From Leptolyngbyaceae cyanobacterium (GTDB lineage Bacteria; Cyanobacteriota; Cyanobacteriia; Phormidesmidales; Phormidesmidaceae): 64,000 nt of DNA. Shown here piece by piece: positions 60,150 to 64,000 of this stretch. A program made the position numbers and the translations under genes. The first letter of the stretch is position 1; each line of letters opens with the position of its first letter. Location: contig CBDHHL010000032.1 in NCBI GenBank assembly GCA_965263355.1, forward strand, positions 1,888,001-1,952,000, read 5' to 3'. A model generated the notes under the pieces. The model did not search any database and had not been told where the DNA came from. It was given only the letters and a program-made list of their open reading frames with translations.

Positions 60150-61511
60150 TTATAGATATACAGGTTGAATTTGAGGCATGGGACGAGCGGTACTCTCTGG
60201 GGCGATGCCATTACGCAAGGCCAACAGTAACCCTGACGCTTCCATGTAGCTATTCACCCGATAGATGGGTCTACCCTTAGTTTCAATCTGCAGAGCCTCG
60301 GGCGTAATGTCGTACATGGTCGTATTATCTTTCACCAAGATAACGGGCACCCCTTGATCCAAAGAGGCCAAGAATGGGATATTCCCCACCGTTGTTTCCG
60401 GCATTACCACCGCAGAAACATTTTCCACCGACAGTCGGGTCTCCCCTGGTGCAACTGGAGTATTAAAGCTTACCGGACGAGGAGAATTAATTAAACCATT
60501 CAGGGGAGAACACACATAGGCACTGGAAATCAGTTCGGCTCCATCCCTGGGGTCCACCAGCTTACCAAATCCGGTGTGTTCCCATTCCAATAATAGGGGC
60601 GCATGGGCGGCAGTTAACCCATAGAAATTAGTCGTCATGTGGGTCATGATCGCCTCTGCCCCACCCCAGGGATTCGCGATCGTTTCTCCTCGATAATAGG
60701 CCTGACGAACCGCATCATCCACCAGCAGCGTCGTCATCAAAGCAACGGCTCCGGCTGAGGACTGGTCCACCACATCCAACGCCTTCATTAGCTCATCCAT
60801 GCCTTGAAATTCTCCAGAGGCATTACCAAACTGGGAATAGGTGCAAGTAGTTTCAATCGGACCAGCCGTAACAACGACAGGGTCAATGGTGATCCCCCCC
60901 ACCGCACGCAACCCATTTAGGGCATTGAGCACATTGTTGAGAAACCGCTCATCTTTTGGCTTTTCAATAATGGCCGCAATGTGATCACGCTTTTCAGGGA
61001 TGACGCCAATATTTCCCAGCATAAGCTGGCAAATCAAATTTCCCTCTAGATACAACACATTGTCTTGAGCAAAATACAGATCTGAGGCCGTTACCGCGTT
61101 GGGGTTTGTAATCAGATAGTCACAGGCAGAGGCCAAAAGATTCGTACTGGGGGTGGCATCACCAGCAAAGCCGCCAATTTCGGCCCTCACCCCGGTGGGA
61201 ATAATACTGACAGCCACAAACGGTTGATTCGACGCCTTTTCACGAACATTCAGGTTCAACAGAGAAGGCCACACCGGCTGTTTATCAGTGTTGATAAAAC
61301 TGCATTCAAACAACAATGAATCTGCCTTGACAGCCGTTAACACTAATCGAATAGGCGTACCCGGTAAAGAAAGAGACGCGATTTCCTGAGATATGTGTTG
61401 CCATGTGCGCTGCTCAGGCGGACATTGAATTTCAAGTTTTGTGGTAAAAACTTGAGCTTTACTTCCTGTAAGAGTAGGGGCAATTCCCTGATTAAAGACC
61501 TGTGAAACCAT
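60150..61511 (-). CDS. DUF3326-domain protein with N-terminal extension
   Basis: IIPTGVRAEIGGFAGDATP, LITNPNAV, PWGGAEAI, AAHAP, VDPRDGAE. Confidence 0.8.
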   Translation of the reverse strand: MVSQVFNQGIAPTLTGSKAQVFTTKLEIQCPPEQRTWQHISQEIASLSLPGTPIRLVLTAVKADSLLFECSFINTDKQPVWPSLLNLNVREKASNQPFVAVSIIPTGVRAEIGGFAGDATPSTNLLASACDYLITNPNAVTASDLYFAQDNVLYLEGNLICQLMLGNIGVIPEKRDHIAAIIEKPKDERFLNNVLNALNGLRAVGGITIDPVVVTAGPIETTCTYSQFGNASGEFQGMDELMKALDVVDQSSAGAVALMTTLLVDDAVRQAYYRGETIANPWGGAEAIMTHMTTNFYGLTAAHAPLLLEWEHTGFGKLVDPRDGAELISSAYVCSPLNGLINSPRPVSFNTPVAPGETRLSVENVSAVVMPETTVGNIPFLASLDQGVPVILVKDNTTMYDITPEALQIETKGRPIYRVNSYMEASGLLLALRNGIAPESTARPMPQIQPVYL

Positions 61512-62002
61512 TCACATAAACTCCGTATAAGACACTATCTGCGGAATACAATCCGAGCCTGAACTAATCCTTGCTATGCGGCACCGTACGTCAATCAAGA
61601 ATGCACTCAAATGCCGAACATTATTGGTCCTGAAATCGTTAAAGTTGAAAAGAGATAAAACCGTATTTTGAGTAACAACTCACAGAGTGACTAAGAAAGC
61701 TTCGCCACAGTTTTTAAATGCATAATAACTGAATGATTTCTCACGTAATCTGTGTAATGCTCTGCGAATCGACATAGCTCATATAGTACACTAATTATTG
61801 AAGTAGACCACTCTGAAAAGTCAGATAAAATCTTTATATTTTGCGGGACTCAGTACTTCCAAAAAAGTCTTTTTTGTCAGAAAAGACGTAAAAGTTTTTT
61901 TTAACTGCTAAAGATAAAAAACCGGCCAACAAGACAAAGATTTTTGTAGTGCAGTAATTGCTCCTATCTATTAATGAGACAGTACGTGAGCCAGTCATTT
62001 AA

Positions 62003-63550
62003 ATGCTTAAACAGTTAATGTTTAACCCATACCGCTATACCCAAGACTTAGATCAACCTTTTTCCTTTAATCACCTGTACCGTCACCCAGGGGATCTCAG
62101 TCGCCACGACCCAGGGGGACAGCGTCAGCGTATTGCCATTATTGGTGGCGGCATTGCCGGGCTGGTAAGCGCCTACGAACTGAGTCAGCTCAAGCATCAC
62201 GTCACATTGCTAGAGGCCGATCCCCGTTTGGGCGGACGGATAAAGACCCATTACTTTAATGACGGCACCTACGCAGAATTGGGGGCTATGCGCATTCCCT
62301 CCAGCCATCGATGCGTGATGCATTACATTGAGAAATTTGCGCTAGAATGTCATGATTTCGTTAGCTACAATCCCCAAGCGTTTTATCATCTGCGGGGTCA
62401 GAAAAGTAGGATGGATGCCTACGATACACTTTTCTCCCGCTATCAGGTGCCGCCTGAAGAACGCCAAGATCCCGCCATCATTTATGACCAGTTCTTAAAG
62501 GAATTAATCGAGTCTTTTTCTGAGACTGAAAAATGGGAACTGTTTTCGCCTGAGTTTACGAGTCCTCGCCTCAGATACTACGACGGCCTATCGTTAACTC
62601 AGTTTTTTCGCGATCGCATCTCCCCCGACATGTTCGAATTCGTCGGTCATGCCACCGGAATGATTCATTACGAGCGAGTATCATTACTCAACGGCTTAAT
62701 TGACTTTTTTGCCTGGTATAGAGCCAAGCAGTACAAATTAGCCGGGGGCCTAGAAACCCTGGTGAATGCCTTTGTAAAAAGGCTGCCTGGCAATATAGTC
62801 ACCCAGGCCCAGGTAAGCACCATCGAAATGACGAATACTGGTGTCAGGCTTCACTGGAATGGCCTTCGGGGGAAACAAACGACGGAGTTTGATGCCGTTA
62901 TCTGCACCGTACCCGCTACGGCTCTAGCAAACATTGAGTTTCATCCGCCGCTGCCTCAAAAACAGCAGTATGCCATTGATAATCTCGGCTATTGCAGTGC
63001 AGCCAAAACCCTATTTCACTGTACAGCTCGACCGTGGGAGTTTGTCGATGGCATTTACGGCGGTGCTAGTTTTACAGACCTAAATATCGAGAAATGCTGG
63101 TACCCGCATGATAATGCCCGCCTGGCGGAGTCATCATCGGATGATCCCCGTTGGGTGGCGCATACCCCTGATAGGTCACACCAACCGGCAGCATTCACCG
63201 CTGCCTACCGATGGGAGCAAAATGCCCGAGATTTTCGCGATCTTAACGAGGGCGATCGCACTGAGCGGACACTAGATGACATCAGACAGCTCCATCCCCA
63301 GATTGATCCCCATGTGGATCAGGTGGTTCACTATATTTGGGACGAAGACCACCAGCCAGGGTCCGGTGCCTATGCGTTTTTTGCCCCCGGAGAGCGGGAA
63401 CAGTTTCAGGGGTGGCTGGGGTTACCCTATCCGCAAGAACGCCCCCGAGTCTTTTTTGCAGGAGAACATTTGGCGATTAACCATGCTTCAGTACAAGGGG
63501 CGGTACAAACTGCGATCGCAGCCATCATCAACTATCTCGAAACTCACTAG
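62003..63550 (+). CDS. Flavin monoamine / L-amino-acid oxidase family protein
   Basis: IAIIGGGIAGL, EADPRLGGRIKT, ELGAMRIP, FFAGEH...VQGA. Confidence 0.92.
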   Translation: MLKQLMFNPYRYTQDLDQPFSFNHLYRHPGDLSRHDPGGQRQRIAIIGGGIAGLVSAYELSQLKHHVTLLEADPRLGGRIKTHYFNDGTYAELGAMRIPSSHRCVMHYIEKFALECHDFVSYNPQAFYHLRGQKSRMDAYDTLFSRYQVPPEERQDPAIIYDQFLKELIESFSETEKWELFSPEFTSPRLRYYDGLSLTQFFRDRISPDMFEFVGHATGMIHYERVSLLNGLIDFFAWYRAKQYKLAGGLETLVNAFVKRLPGNIVTQAQVSTIEMTNTGVRLHWNGLRGKQTTEFDAVICTVPATALANIEFHPPLPQKQQYAIDNLGYCSAAKTLFHCTARPWEFVDGIYGGASFTDLNIEKCWYPHDNARLAESSSDDPRWVAHTPDRSHQPAAFTAAYRWEQNARDFRDLNEGDRTERTLDDIRQLHPQIDPHVDQVVHYIWDEDHQPGSGAYAFFAPGEREQFQGWLGLPYPQERPRVFFAGEHLAINHASVQGAVQTAIAAIINYLETH

Positions 63551-63805
63551 AGATAAGGAAAAACACTAATATAACTTTTCTGTTTTTTAGCTGCTTAGTT
63601 GTCTAGTTGAATAGGCTGCCTTTACAACGTTCGAGACCACCCTCAGCTGTCTCGAAATAGCCTAAATCTCAACAAGAAATACATGACTTTTCAGACTTGT
63701 GCAGGCTTTTCTTCTATTTTATGCTGATGGTGGCAATTTAGCCCACAATCCATACTGCAAGTTTGTAAATATTACATGCCTATACGAGTTAGGCATAGAA
63801 ACTCC

Positions 63806-64000
63806 ATGGAAATAGCAACTACAGAAAATTTCTTTGATGAATTCGCAGACAGATATGATCTTGAATTTGTGGAGTATAAAAACTCTACATTAATAGAAGT
63901 AAAAAATATTTTTGAAAAGTATTCTTATAAATCTGGAAATATTCTAGACCTAGGATGTGGGACAGGTTTGCTGAGTGAAGCCTTAGGAAGCGACTTTGAA
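63806..64000 (+). CDS. Class I SAM-dependent methyltransferase, 3' end outside the window
   Basis: Manual translation MEIATTENFFDEFADRYD...ILDLGCGTGLLSEALG. Confidence 0.85.
   Translation, partial: MEIATTENFFDEFADRYDLEFVEYKNSTLIEVKNIFEKYSYKSGNILDLGCGTGLLSEALGSDFE

Noticed and set aside
53588..64000. Saxitoxin or guanitoxin cluster
   Set aside because: No sxtA, sxtG, sxtB, sxtI or recognisable gnt core genes are in the window; only tailoring-family resemblance exists.

Overview
The window comes from a cyanobacterial chromosome. It has frequent HIP1 GCGATCGC octamers, a PatA-type regulator, and Uma2, DUF3493, kinase-WD40 and AAA-WD40 genes; a filamentous Leptolyngbya-like host is plausible but unproven. 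From left to right it contains: a chemosensory cluster (PatA-like regulator divergent from MCP-cheA-cheB-cheR-cheW); a Ser/Thr kinase-WD40 gene; a 13-kb alpha-glucan cluster (four GH13, one GH15, one membrane protein); small accessory genes; a fermentation block (glgP-xfp divergent from ldhA and a pyk remnant); and tRNA-Thr(CGT) followed by a tyrosine integrase. An accessory region follows. Its standout is a convergent pair of intron-less, full-length eukaryote-type cytoskeletal genes: a true actin homologue (50458-51612, +) and a beta-tubulin-derived gene (51928-53256, -). Both have bacterial-style expression signals and substitutions at catalytic or interface positions. They are flanked by a GcvH with an apparent export signal and by a partly duplicated, partly decayed NRPS/PKS-free biosynthetic cluster (DUF3326, Orn/Lys/Arg decarboxylase, cupins, SAM methyltransferases, SxtT/H-like Rieske oxygenase, two CmcI-family genes, flavin amine oxidase). 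All assignments come from motifs recognised by eye; no searches were run.
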